Part shown: one piece after another, positions 1 to 13,475 of the stretch | Layout of the letters: every line of letters begins with the position of its first letter | Position numbering within the stretch: the stretch's first letter is position 1 | Assembly: GCF_006345805.1 (NCBI RefSeq) | Contig: NC_042999.1 | Location: 100,440,001 to 100,504,000 of the forward strand | Origin: Octopus sinensis | Lineage: Eukaryota | Reading direction: 5' to 3' | Length of the DNA: 64,000 bases | Translations under genes and position numbers: made by a program | The notes under the pieces: model-generated | What the model was told of the DNA's origin: nothing | What the model saw: only the letters and a program-made list of their open reading frames with translations | The model's database searches: none

Positions 1-1430
1 AATAGCACCAACACTACCGCAAATAACAACAACAACACGAAGGAAAAGAAAGAGAACAAAGACAACAACAGAGGCAACAATAACAAGAAAGAAAAATTTT
101 CGAGGTTGGTAGTACAGACGGAGAAAAGTACATTATTCCTAAGCGTGTGGTGAAAATTAAAATTTCGGAAATGCTGCCAAAATTTGATATCTAGTAGGTA
201 ATAGCAGGCGTCATTTTAGAGAGGGCGGATCCTCTGCTAAAAATTTTAGAAGCAATGGCAGAAAAACTGGTCTGGAATTGAGTTGGAACTTATCCAAGTC
301 AAACTAGAAAATCCGGACAACATTTCGTATTATTTAGAACAACCATCTAGATAAAAACTAAATATTTCAGTGGAAGGGAGAACGACGTGCCACTCATGCG
401 ACTGTGAAAACCACTTGAAGGTCTTCTACCCACAACAACAAAGAGGAATGAAAACAAGCAACTCCATAACCAAAACAATATCAACAGCTACTACAATAAA
501 GTCTGCAACAGTAAAAGCCATCACAGCGGCACCGGCAGCTACTAAAACAAAATAAACAACAAAAGCAGCAAAAACCGGTTCAACAACTCTTGTAGAATCA
601 GCAGCAGTACTAGAAGCAACAAGGGCGGCATCAAAATCTACAGTAATAGCCAGCAGCAAGAACAGCAATATTCCAGAAACAATAGTAAACCCCGATATCA
701 GACCCGCGTCAAAGGAAAACATTCCAGCGATGCCCTCATCGCTCAACAACGAAAAATACAAACACAAACATAAACATACTAAGAGAATCATCTTTGTCTC
801 AAACATAGTAAGAGAATCATCTTTGTCTTCATCTACTAAAGACCTTCCTGGATCATGGATCTCTCCAAGCGATGAAATTGAGGTGGGAAACCAAACGAAT
901 GAAATCTGTGAGAAAGGAAAGAGAAAGTCAGGAGAAAAATGAAACCAAGGTTATTTAATGGGGCTTTAGATGCTCTTCAAACTCACAACACACTCATACC
1001 TCCATCAAAATTTCAACAGCAACAAGAACAAAAATAACAACTTAAACGAAAATCACAAGCACCCCCACTGTGTCACAAAAGCAAAAGAAAATCAACCACA
1101 AAATCAGTGCATCAAATGCAAAACAGACAAGAAGAAAAACCACATCAACTTCACTGTTGTTCAAAAGACCAGCATTGAATTGATGTAGGCGGTAATAAGC
1201 AGCAAAAACATTGCCTCCAATAGGAAAGGCTTTGAAGAGCTCTTCTGCAAAACTCCCAAAGATAATACAAATTCTGAGTTTATTAGAAAGATGCCAAATA
1301 GAAATATATTGCAAACGCCCTTTAAGACTTCACTCATAGTCAATGACGCATCTGAATCAACTGACTTCCTCAAGAGTCAAAACGAGTTACAAGGGTGCAT
1401 ATTCGGAATAAAAATTCAGTACTGAATATG
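1..1430 (+). mobile_element. Degenerate non-LTR retrotransposon ORF1 (Gag-like, zinc-knuckle relic) with Q/N/T-rich low-complexity tail
   Basis: Translation ISVEGRTTCHSCDCENHLKVFYP; 388-429 fits CX2CX4HX4C with the last Cys as Tyr (TAC). An upstream frame reads KIKISEMLPKFDI**VIAGVILERADPLLKILEA with stops. The + strand is strongly A/C-rich. Boundaries approximate. Confidence 0.55.
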
Positions 1431-2029
1431 CTCCGGTTACACGTTGTACAGAGACTCAATTCGAAAAAGCCCGCCTTTTACATAGATGTATAAAGGTTGA
1501 ACATTTCTATATGCTACGCTGGATACATTGAGTGTTCAACTGATAAGTTGATTTTTATTCATTCGTTATAAATATTGACTTATGCTTGCACCGACGATTA
1601 AAAACTGCATTTCTGCACTAATTATGAAATCATGTGATTTACAGCTGAATTCTGTTTTTAAAGGTCTCGCTTCGAGATTTGCATTCCGTCGTATTCGATA
1701 CTATGCGTTTATTTATTTAGGTAGTTTTGACTTTAAGAGTCCCTCCTAGCGTGTGACATTTATGTATAGTAATGCCTTCTATATAATATAAATAAATAAA
1801 TTGAAGAGAAAAATTGATGGGTTTTTTTCTCTTATGAGGTTTTTGACGCTAACTACTTGATAAATTCTTATAAAGATTTTATCCTATTTTTAAATTGTAT
1901 GTATGTATATATATATATATATATATAATATCAACAATTGCCAGTACTGGCAATTTTGAAGATGTTTGTCTGAGGTGATACATCGTTGGACGGGTATGTT
2001 CATTATTTTTAGTGCTTTCAAATCCAGAA

Positions 2030-2281
2030 TTAAGAAATGTTGAGCTGACGAAAGAAATGCTGAGTTTTATTTCGGCTAATCTAGAAACGTTGACGTTCTC
2101 AAATGATCTTTGTACTTGTGATATTTTACTGTTTTTACCTCCATATCTCCGTGAGTTGTCTTTGAGTAAACATTATCTGAGAGAAGTTTTTCTTAAAGTA
2201 GTGGAAATGGCTAAAAACTTTTTGGCTGCTATTTCTAGAAAGTTCAGTATGTGGCAAAGTAATTTATTTTACTAAGCCCTA
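2030..2281 (+). mobile_element. Penelope-like pseudo-LTR fragment ending in a TA microsatellite
   Basis: Carries the hammerhead motif. Its last ~120 bp (ttttggctgctatttcta...gtatgtgg...ccct) are homologous to 55337-55460 in reverse orientation, so it is a dispersed repeat. Confidence 0.45.
2040..2102 (+). ncRNA. Type I hammerhead ribozyme motif (partly decayed stem II)
   Basis: Stem I TTGAG(2040-44)/CTCAA(2098-2102); core CTGACGA 2045-51; GAAA 2084-87; stem III ACGT-tg-ACGT; GUU triplet ending 2097. Stem II is imperfect (aga/tct, gctga/tcggc). Confidence 0.5.
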
Positions 2282-2292
2282 ATTATATAATG

Positions 2293-2294
2293 TA

Positions 2295-2325
<31 letters not shown>

Positions 2326-2352
2326 ATATACAATATGTATACATATATATAC

Positions 2353-2406
<54 letters not shown>

Positions 2407-2490
2407 GTATGTATAAATATACATATATATATATATATTCATATATGTGTGTGCGTGTGTGCATACATGCACACACACACACACACACAC
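2293..2490. repeat. (TA)n/(CA)n compound microsatellite
   Basis: Directly visible. Confidence 0.95.
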
Positions 2491-3428
2491 ATTCATGTAT
2501 AAGGACAGGATGTATGGCATGTAGAAGAGAGAAACTGAAAATTGTTATTATTTATATAATGATATTCTATGATTATATCTCTTTCGTAAATAGCAGCTTT
2601 GAGATAACATAGTTTTCGTTAAGTGGTCTACAATGAGCAATCTGACTTGTGGAATTTACATTTTCAATGATACAGACTTGGATCTGGTACCTATTCTGTC
2701 TATTATTTTGATGTCACATTATGCTGGCATCGAATCTATCTTGTCCACAAAATAACTATACCAAATGTTTTGTCGTTGGAGTCAATTAGTAATTTACAAA
2801 ATTGTTTCTTCACTGTCGAAACATTATTCTAATGTAATTAGACGTATCATTTTAGAAAAACACAACTACAATAAGTGGTATAAAGTAGAGTTTGGGTTGG
2901 TGGGTTGTTTAACTCTGCAGCCTTATGATAAAATGCGTTTCAACCGGCAGCATTCTGTTTTTTTTATTCTGATTCATTGTACCCAATATATATTTCTTCA
3001 GAGAGGGTTGTATTATATGAGTAGGATTGCGTTGTATTGGTATTTCTAAGCAATCGACTAAGCAGATGCTCTACACATCACACTCATTTTTAACAATAAT
3101 AGATACATATTATGATTACAATAGATATATATTTATCTTAAAATTTTAGAGTCGGTACAACAATATGTCCACCGTCCAAAAACTGGAACCAAGAAAAAAA
3201 TACAAGATTGCAATATGACTTTTGATGTCGATCTTTGAAATGTATAAATCACTGAGCCAAGTTCGCAAATAGACGTAAACCAGATGACCCATTGAAGTAA
3301 AACAACTAGTAATAAATAACGAGATGATATGACAAACTACAAACACCACAAGGAGTATGAATTTGACAGAAATTTTCCAAATAGGCTATGGTGGCTGATG
3401 GACTGCGTCCAACGATAAATTTACCTAC

Positions 3429-3593
3429 ATGGAAAGTATTCTGGGTGTTCGGGTATCAAGATTCGCCAGTGCTTCATAGGTACATGTGGACGGACTAACC
3501 GTGTCCGCTTCTGTTGGTTACGCGCTGCACGAGGACAAGTTATTTGTGAGGGTCGCTCTCGCATATTGGCCGGAACTAGGATTCGCACTTGCC
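3429..3593 (-). CDS. Candidate internal exon, product unknown
   Basis: Locally GC/CpG-richer block with acceptor TTTTTAG (3594-3600) and donor GTAGGT (3428-3423). It is 165 nt, phase 1-1, and open only in the frame GQVRILVPANMRERPSQITCPR...EHPEYFP. No recognisable domain. Confidence 0.3.
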
Positions 3594-6500
3594 CTAAAAA
3601 CAACCATTAGTTTTCTTTTTAGTCAAGAATAGTAATATTTAGAGAGACTGTTAAATAAAAATTATTTAGCACTAACATATGGGGATGGGAATAAGGAATT
3701 TAGTTATAGCAAAGTAAAGCAATTGCAGTGGAATAAAAGAAAATGAATGGTTTAAGTGACCAGAGACTAATGGCAGAAAAGTTCACTGGAGATTGACAAC
3801 AGAAGTTGTTGAGGCACTGTAGTAGTTTGCCACAAAGAAACGAGGCAATTAGGTTTGTTATAGTGAAATTTGGTAAGGAGATATTTTGAGATCCAATTGA
3901 TAAAAGGCTTCGGGATTTTGACAAAAAAGAAGCTTGAAACAAAAAGGATTTATAGATTGCATAATAGCTTAGGTTGAATAAAGAAATTATAGAGATATAA
4001 TTAACTTACAGAAGGTTTTCTTTCAACAAGAAGTTATAGATTTTATTGAAGAAAAAACAGGAATTCAGGAACAAAATACAAAAGTCTCAAGGGTGCAAAA
4101 GTTCAATAAGTGAGTTGTGTGTCTCTTAATCTACTGTGTTGTAGGAGCATTTGTTTTCCATCCCTTTGTATGTTATATATCCACGAAAGATATTGAACTG
4201 CATTATATGACAATAATTATACATTACTCCACTGCTGTTATTTCTCTGTAATAATTAATTGTTTACAGCTAAGAGAGCGTGATCATTTAAAACTCAAGTA
4301 CTTTAGCCAGACGCATTTCATTGCCGGTGAGCAAATACAAACAAACGATCTCTCGATTAATTGCCTAGATTTTTATAGAGTCGTTTCATCTGCACTCTCA
4401 TAAATGATAAAATAGCAACTGTTTCAATATGGAAAATATTGGAGTTCAAGAGTGAAACGTCAAATAGTCAGTTAAGTTAGCGAGGTCCAATGACAGCACG
4501 GTATACACTGGTGTTAAAGGCAACAAAAGCAAAAATGAAAGTCAACAGAAATTTAATGAAGAAAAACATGTGCTTAATAAGAAGAGATGTTTCATAGAGG
4601 AAACAAAACACGTCACTGAGAGTTAAAAACTAATTTGAAAGATGAAACAAAACGTTCACTCAGAAGAGATCAGAATGTCAAATATACGTAAATTATATGG
4701 GTATCAACGACCGGGCAAAAGTAACTATAATGTTTCAAAAGTATAAAAGTGGACGAACGACATTAGAACAATGTAAGACAGCAGATTAGTTAACAACAGT
4801 ACCAACTTGAAATATTGAAATATCTGCAATGGTTTATGATTGAATGGTTTAAATTAAAAGATACGCAAGAATGAATGTGAAAGGTACGGTACATGTTCCA
4901 TTGCAAGGTTGTTAAATTTATAGATTAGGCTACAAGATCTCATTGATAGAATCCTGTATTGATTTGTGATAATACATAAAATCATAACTTTACGGAGTGA
5001 CTTAAAAAGACGTTATGGTGTGAAATGATGATTTGTCACAAGGCAGACATTTTCAGGAAAGGTTCGGTTGACAGCCTTCTCCAGTATATCGTTGTTATTA
5101 AATTTGACTACAGGACTGGGTTAAAATGGCATAGCTCAAAACGGCAGGCTATTTAATCAACTTTATCAACCCGAATCTACCAATCTACTACCTTAATTTT
5201 GACGAAATAATAAGACGTAAAAAAAAGATAACAAATAACGGCTTTTAAAAGTATGACCGTAACAACAATGAAAACATTTTGGGCAGAAACAGATATCAAT
5301 AATAATAGATACCCAGAATACTAGATTGAATGTATTCGAAGATACACAAAAGGGGATATGAAAACAAATTGAGTACTACACAGCAAAAAAAGTAGAAGTG
5401 TGTATAAATTTATTTTAAAATAAAGCCTTCAAATATAGCCCCCGGTAACACCTTAGGAGCAACTTAAGTTGAAGGTGTTAGAAGAATACAGTGTGTGAAA
5501 CCATACAACTACAGTTTTGTAACTCATGAGGTAATAAGGCTATTACTAGCGATACGCTGATCTTCGATTGTGGTATCTCGAGCAAATCAGCTTGACGGTA
5601 TCTATTTTAAGAAAAAGAAGGCATTTAAACTTTACATTATACCCTAACAGAACACTTTTCAATTACATAATGCTGCTAATGCTTAGAGCAATAGATTGTA
5701 CTATCTGCAATTTGTAAAGTACAATGTCTATTTGAAAACTTATTGTCTTCACTATGGATATCCTGTGTTGTCAATAACGAGATACTGGTCATAAATATTT
5801 CAGTTTCAACCCGATGTGACCAGCTGCAATTCCTGGGAGCAAATAACGATATTATAAATGATTTAATGTTGATAATTCGAGGTTGAGAAAGATAAAATGA
5901 TTTGCAACGTAAATGTATTTTGAGGTAAAAAGAATACAGAATATTTATTGATGGATGTAAAAAATAATGGGACTAAAATGAATATTCATGATACCAAACA
6001 AAGAGATAGCAGGGTAAAACTATGCAAATGTTTGGAGAATCTGGCAATCAACAGAAAAAAGATTTTTCGATACAAACTAGATAGAACGGAGAACTGGTCG
6101 AATTGGTGTATCTATGGCCAAAATGCTTTGCAATATTCAGTTGCGAACCTTTAGAATGAAGTTGACGCCACCTTTCGTTTATTAAGGTTTGATAAAATAT
6201 TTAATAGTAATATATGTGGTCGAGTTAATCGATTATACCTTTCTATGAAATTTCTGGACGTTTACCAATATTAGGAATCAATATTATAAATTAAGTGATT
6301 TCTGAAATTGACAGAAAGCCAGAAGTTTTGTAGGAGATATACTGTCAATTAAATTTTACTGATTTGTATTTCATCGATCCCGGAAATATGAAAGTAAAAT
6401 TGGCTTTGATGTCACTTAAACTCAGAAACTAAATAGTGCAATATTGTTTGCATGTCACTCTCCCGATTCTGCTAAACCATCTTCTTTTTTAGCATATAAT

Positions 6501-6794
6501 CAAAGAGAGAAGGGCAGCAACTATGTCACGTTATTTTTCCAGATTCTCCGAAGCTGGTGAGAGGAAGGAAGTTATCCTCAAGCTAGTTGGATGTTTTCAA
6601 AGGAGCAAACTCCGAAAAAAAGTAAAAGGCATGATTTGAATTCAAAATGCAGGCAACCAAAATAATTATTGCAAGGAATTTTGCTCTACACTCCAGCGAT
6701 GGTAACAGGTATAATTAAAACTACAATTACAGAATTGCGTCTTTAGTAAATATTCGGTATAATGAAATATATTTATCCATCTAAAACATATATA

Positions 6795-7027
6795 CAGGTT
6801 TGGCCAAAAGTCACTTGACAGTAAATCAAAATTCCATAAATACCATCTTTAATTCTGTATTGACTCGAATGGGAAAATGTGTCGTTCAAGAAGGACTTCA
6901 GTTTGAACAATTTTCATGATGTTTCATATTTAGTTGCTTTTATTAAATTTATTCAGTTGTTGAACATAAATATATCTTGAAATTGAATGGTTTTGATTTA
7001 CTGTTAAGTGGCTTTTGGTCAACCTTG
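6795..7027 (+). mobile_element. Tc1/mariner-type MITE (internal deletion derivative)
   Basis: ~37-bp imperfect TIRs (CAGGTTTGGCCAAAAGTCACTTGACAGTAAATCAAAA and its complement) flanked by TA on both sides. Interior encodes LTRMGKCVVQEGLQFEQFS*, a typical Tc1/mariner C-terminus. Confidence 0.8.
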
Positions 7028-8763
7028 TATAGCGTTGCTGTTAGTTGGATCTTTGATATGCCCACTATTCCTCGTTATAGAGATCCATTCGACGTCGTGA
7101 CTATATTTCTAACATGTATACTTTGGTTTAGTAAATATTCTAGATTTCGTGTACGCTTTCGTGTAAAAATTATATTTGATAGTTGCTTACGTAAATCAAA
7201 TATACAAATTATCTTAACCACTTGTAAGATAAATAGAGTTGTAGATGTTATTTTCTCAGCTGCGTTTAGCAGCCACTAACAAGGATAACAAACCAATATT
7301 GCTTTAACAAGACTTAAGCACTACTCTTGTGTCGGGTGGAAGGAACGTTGACCATGACTTTCACTTTCTCTTCAAAACTGATGACAACAAGGCTGATAAT
7401 GTTCAATTTTCAACATGTGTAAGCAAATGACTTGAAAAATTGCAAAGACGGACTTCGAAAAGGTTACGTTTAAATAGGTAAGGATTATGAAAATGTGTTA
7501 TTTTAAGGAAAGAAGTGTAACATTATGAGTGATGAAAGGTTAGACTACTGCAGTAAGTGGGCCTGGATGGCATTAATATACACATTTTTAGTGAAATTGA
7601 AGTCGGTGACAGAAAGTGAAGTGAGTTAAACTTCAAACATACTTTGATAAACTGTTTTTGCTTCGAATTGTGCACATTGTGTGTATAGGTGTTAAGTTAT
7701 TAGTTTTGAAGGACATTTTAATGACGATGAAACAAATTGACTATGGTTAGAAGTAATAATAGTCAGGCGAGAGAATGCGATAAAACGATTTCAACTATGG
7801 CTGCAAAGAAAATGGGAAATATTTTAAAAGGAAGTAGTTTGAGAGAAACCTAAAACTATTTTTTCGGGATAGATAATAAGATTTTTGGAGGGTGAGCATT
7901 CCAACAATGTAACAATGAAAGGATTTCAGGTATGAAACAGTTTGGCAAGATTACCGCATAATGTTAGGAATAGTAAGAGTTCAGGTAGGTAATAACAAGG
8001 ACACTGTTATATGTTAACTGAATGTCATTTGAGTGTGATGACATGTCTTTGAAACATGATAGCAAAATTACTTATAGTCACATCAAAAGACACTTAAAGA
8101 ATGAAAGGGACTAAAATTCGGGTTCTGACAGTATTTAAATGCTTATTGATTCCTTTCATAAACTTCAAGCTTAAGAAATTCTACAGATGACAATAGAAAG
8201 TCATGGTTCCATTTTTATTACCGACATAATTCCAACTAAACCGCGACAATATCTGTTGAGAATGCTAAGAATAAATACATGGATACATACATGGCTACAT
8301 GCTCTATATTTTAAAGGGCTATAAAAGCTGGTATTGTAACAATCATGACTTTCCTCACGTGAATATGCGCCAAAATAAAATGTAAATTAGCCTTAAATGA
8401 GTATCGGAACATGTACGCGAACTCAGCAACCCAAAAACTTACCTTTTACTCTTCGGCACTCGATAAAATATCAGAAAAGTAATTTTTCCAGGACTTGACT
8501 GTGGCCATGCTGGAAACCCACATTCAAGGATTCTTGTTTGATTATATCACTCCCTATACTTTGTTTGGTACATACATTATCGATTTCGTAAAGAACAAAA
8601 GAAAAGGTAAATCTGAGCGCAAATGAAGTGACCGATACTAAATTGAAACACCGCAACTTACCGCGCCAATTCTGCTGTCCTTTGCTTACAGTCGCGTGCA
8701 CACGTATATATACACACACATTTATATATAAACATACATACACACTTACATATATATATATAT

Positions 8764-9378
8764 GGCCTGTCATGCCATCTATCTTTTTTGTGATTGCCCT
8801 TTGAGGTGCTTCAACTTTTATGATACCACAATACAGGTATCATAAAAGTTGAAGCACCTCAAAGGCAATCACAAAAAAGATAGATGGCATGACAGGCCTC
8901 GACTATTGGGGTCGACTAGAAAAGCTAAAACTCTATTCTCTCCAACGTCGTCGTGAGCGCTACATCATCTGCATGATGTGGAAAATATTCCATCAGCATT
9001 GCCCAAATGATGTTGGCATCACCTTTAAGGTACATCCAAGGCTTGGGCCCCGTGCCATCCGCCCAAAACAAAAATCGCACTCTCATCTCATAACAACAAT
9101 ACGGCACAATTATTTCACCTCAATTGGCCCCGCTCTCTTTAACATTACACCAAAACACATAAAACAGAAACTGACCCTATAGGGTTCAAGAAGTCTTGGA
9201 CAGATTCCTTCAAGAAATCCCGGATAAACCCCCTACACCCGGATATGTCTCTGTAAACAATAACTCTCTACTTGAGTGGGCCATAGTGCCCAAATTCTGA
9301 CTTGAAAGACTTCACCAGGTGGTGCTATTAAGTTAGACATGCCTGGGCCAATAATGGCCGAACCTATCAAAGTATCAA
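8764..9378 (+). mobile_element. CR1-like LINE 3' fragment with 5' fold-back
   Basis: ORF2 C-terminus GMTGLDYWGRLEKLKLYSLQRRRERYII...FKKSLDRFLQEIPDKP, then a 3' UTR and a (TATCAAAG) tail running into (TA)n. The first ~63 bp are duplicated in inverted orientation at 8764-8827. Confidence 0.85.
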
Positions 9379-9382
9379 AGTA

Positions 9383-9444
9383 TATATATATACATATATA
9401 CATAATATATATATATATACATATGCATATATATACATACATAT

Positions 9445-9488
<44 letters not shown>

Positions 9489-9605
9489 CATATATACATA
9501 TACATATATATTATTATATATATATATATATATTATATATATATATATATTATATATATATATACATATATACATATACATATATATTATTATATATATA
9601 TATAT
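9383..9605. repeat. Imperfect (TA)n microsatellite
   Basis: Directly visible. Confidence 0.95.
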
Positions 9606-9624
9606 ACTCGTACGCACGCGTGTG

Positions 9625-9785
9625 TATGATGGGTTTCCGCAGATTTTGTCGAGTAAAGTTCACTCAAAAGGCCATGGTCAACAAGAAGCTATGATGGAAT
9701 ACATATACTGAAAGTAAAGCAAAGTAGGATCGAACCCAAACCTTCGTGGTTATAAAGCGAAGCTTTTAACCACACGGCGATGCAT
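9625..9785 (-). mobile_element. Old copy of tRNA-derived SINE family B
   Basis: Degenerate match to the 5' half of the intact copies at 39441-39833 and 54529-54922. Confidence 0.6.
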
Positions 9786-12700
9786 ATATCAGTTCTCCAT
9801 CCATATAAAAATATCTGCTCATTATTCATTTAGATTAGGTAGAGAATGCAATAGAGGCATAGTTTTCAGATTGTTTAAATTTTCAGGCAGTGTTTGAACA
9901 TATTCCCTCTCATACTTTTGAAATCTCAACTTGCATTCATAGCTATCAAAAGTATTTGATCTTTACTATTTCATTTGAGTGTATTCTAGCTAGTTGCATG
10001 AAATATGCATTTCCCATAGATAGACATCTCAAGCTTTGCCATTTCTGTTTGAACATTCATTTCATCGAGTCCTATGAATATACTGTTAGAAATCAAGGCA
10101 GTCCTTTCGTTCTTCTTTGTAAGTGGCTAAACCATTGCGTTAATCCTTTGATGGAACAATAATTAACATTGCGTGTTTTCGTTCAATGTTTCGTATCAAA
10201 TTCATTTAACAATACAATTCCATTTAACAAACACCGAGGTTACGTTTTTAGTAGTAAAAGCAATAGAATTATGAGCTTCGTTGAAAGAAAAACCGGATCA
10301 AATGGTGAAGACACTACCTGGTCATTTGACTTCTGAGAAGCAATAGTCAAATCTCCCTCATACCTAGCCTACCATCTAACCTAGACGTTGGACAAGGTAA
10401 TTCGGAGTACAATGACCTGAAAATAGAATGCATTAGATTATAGTTCTACTCGATCAGGAACGACGTGGAACCAAACAATAATGTTTTCGGCTGTCTTTCC
10501 TGTATCAGTAAGATCCCTTGAACTGCTGTTCATCTCTGCTTTCCAAAGCATTATGCCAATAAAGGACAATTTTTCCCTTGCATTTTCCACAGTTCTACTG
10601 TAGACTGTTATCAATACTAGTAAATTCCACAAAGCTTCCACTGTTGTGAGTTATACATCTTTTTTTCCAGAACTTTTAGTTCCAAAACTTTTCCGCATAG
10701 CTGATTTTCCGAACTGGGGGTGGTCACCGTGGTGAAAACACTCTAAATTAAACAAATATTAAATTAACATAATTAAATTAAATACAAGTACCTGCATATT
10801 AGTCTAAATGATAAAAGTTTATTAATACTGTAATGTGCAAAAGTTACCAGTAAAAAAGCCTGGCAGCTTCAAGAATTTGTAGTCCCTGCTTGTAAATTAG
10901 TGCGGATTATAAGAGGTTCTTTACCATCAATGTCCGCGAAGTCACTGTTGTACCTGAATATCACAAACATAATTATCAGTTGTAGGTTCTCATCAATACT
11001 CGTTCATTGCTTACTGCCGTAAGATATATATTTGCGCTATGTGTATGCCGAGGTTAAGATTTAAGTCCCTTGGGGATAAGCAATATGCAGTACCGGCAGT
11101 GGGTAAAAACCATCACCACCACTCTTGGTGACTTGTTAGGTACTTTAACGCATGTGCAGCATGCAGTTGAAACTAACAGGGTTGTGGTTCTTTAGTCCCA
11201 AGTCAACCATGAATAAGATGACTAGTGATCAAAAATAACCCATCCCTGACAACTTTGTACTTCTCTCAGGTACTGTATAACTAAGAATACATTTACTAAT
11301 CTAGCTTTTCAAGATGGTAGTGTGCAATTTGAAAGGGATTTGGTTACTATTCCTCGCAGGGTCAGTAACTCATCAGGATGATTACAGGTGCTGATTCCAC
11401 GGTCTTTAAAAGTTTCTCTATGTGATCTTGCGTGTTTGACAATACTAGATCCGCATCACAAGAACTTAATCATATAAAAATAGAACCAAATCATTCAACC
11501 ACAAAGACCAAGCTGCATACATGAGTGGGCCGCTTCGTCTTACTGTCTTTTCAGCTCTTAGTGAAATTATCCCTTCACCTAAGCTGGCAGGCAGCTTACT
11601 CGTTAACACTGTGACCTGCTGATTATTCCTGCTAATATTTGTGCTTTGGACTTCGAACTAGATAGTCCAATCGTTTCTACCAAGAACTGTGAATCTCTCT
11701 AGAGTCTACTCCTTTTTCATTTTGCTATTGTTGTTCTTCAACCCCAAATCAGCCCTGAGACATCAGAATTATCATATAAAATGCTCTAGCTGTGACCATC
11801 TCGCCTTTTATTCAGCAAGAACATCATCCATTTTCTTAAAACGGGCAGCTGTGACGGCAATTTCTAACAGGTTATGCGATTACAGTAACTTACATCGTTA
11901 ATTCGTCCATTTTTACGCTTTTGATTTTAGCATCAGTCTTTATCAATCTGGCCAATATTAGAGAGAGGCTTATAGATTTCATGGGTGCTGATACACCTCC
12001 TCTGATTAATTAAAGTAAAACATAAATAACTTAATTAATACGAGATAAAATAGCTAATAATAACTTAACCTGTATTGAATGACAACCTTTATTGAGAGCA
12101 GAAGCAAGATAGTCGAGAGGCACTGGAAGGAAACTCTTAGGGTCGTGAGCCCAAAGCTCCATTTCAGAAATTTAGTTCATTTTTAAGAGAACACTCTATT
12201 CTGTATTTCCGAAGAACATTGAGATGTAACCTGTCAAGATTATCTCTTCAGATCTTCCAGAGAAATTATAGCCAGCAATGATTTGTTACGACGCTTCGTA
12301 TCCGACTACGCTTAAATATGGCACACCCATTACCCATCTTTCCATCTTCTGTCGCATTATTGCTTACATTAGGTGTGGTCGGATACGAAAGGTCGAAAAC
12401 AAAATCAGTACTGGCTATAATTTCTAAAGAAAATCTGCAGAGATAACAACAACAAATAATTTAGTAGCACTGCTAACACCGTAGAACATAGTGTTTAATA
12501 TACTTTGTAGTATATCATGATTGCATAACGAAACACGGTGTCTCTACAAGTTATTGATTCAGATGTAAAGCTATAAATACTGAGTCAGTGAGAATGCTAC
12601 CTGCTTTAGAACGGCGTCCGGTGCAGCTGAACATTTATCTCCTCCACTTACCAGAAATAAGCATCGCCTTTAATAAATAGCTCTTTGGAAGAGTGACCTT

Positions 12701-13435
12701 TCTTACATTATTTATTTACTACAGTAGAATACCGTTCCCCAGATTCAGAATCTTAAAACCCTGACAGCAAAATTTCGTTTAACTTAATGGGATTAACATT
12801 TACAACGTGGTTAATATGTGTAATTTAATATAAGATATACATGATTACAACTAATATATCAATTCTCAGGGCCTCAACTTCTAGACCTGGCTTCTAGTGT
12901 AAGTTCATTCATCTGCGCTCCCTTTACATTCTTTGTCAGTTGGTTTACTTTTGTGAATTTTTAGCACGTATTTCCTCTCTTAGTCTCAATACTACAACAG
13001 ACCTGATTTTTTAAGCTTGCCCAACTAACTAAGCTGTTGCTGCTGCTATGAAAAAAGCCAACTCTGACTGAGCAGACCAACTATCAAAAAGCATTCTAGC
13101 TGCGACCATCTGGCTTTGTCTTCATGGCATGGTGTACCCCGATGCACATGCAATTTCTCCTTTTTTATAACATGATAGGGCATGATGATTGAAAGAGCAT
13201 TTTGCTATTATTTTTTTCAGATCGAACGACTGTATAAAGTATCTCTAGTTGGGGTTTCCTAGTGTCTTAAGTAAATATTTGAATATCCTTTATCAATACA
13301 TACAGATAATAGAATTCATTAAACATGTATATACTATGTGATATACATTGCGATATACGCCGGTGACGTTGTTGCTATTTCTATTCATCCCCCTTACCAT
13401 CGACCTCAGGCAGCTGTTCCTCACTTTCTTTGTCT

Positions 13436-13475
<40 letters not shown>

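Noticed and set aside
426-806. 126-aa hydrophobic minus-strand ORF resembling a membrane protein
   Set aside because: It is the antisense of an A/C-rich low-complexity LINE ORF1 tail; the hydrophobicity follows from base composition.
1010-1420. Q-rich frame whose stops could all be C-to-T mutations
   Set aside because: Every stop codon converts to Gln/Arg by a first-position change, so this is not evidence of former coding.
2013-2150. Apparent phase 1-1 exon with an LRR-cap-like NDLCTCDIL motif
   Set aside because: It overlaps a hammerhead motif and continues into a dispersed repeat homologous to 55337-55460, so it is better explained as a pseudo-LTR.
10850-10960. Minus-strand peptide YNSDFADIDGKEPLIIR, vaguely semaphorin-like
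   Set aside because: In-frame stop shortly after and too little similarity.
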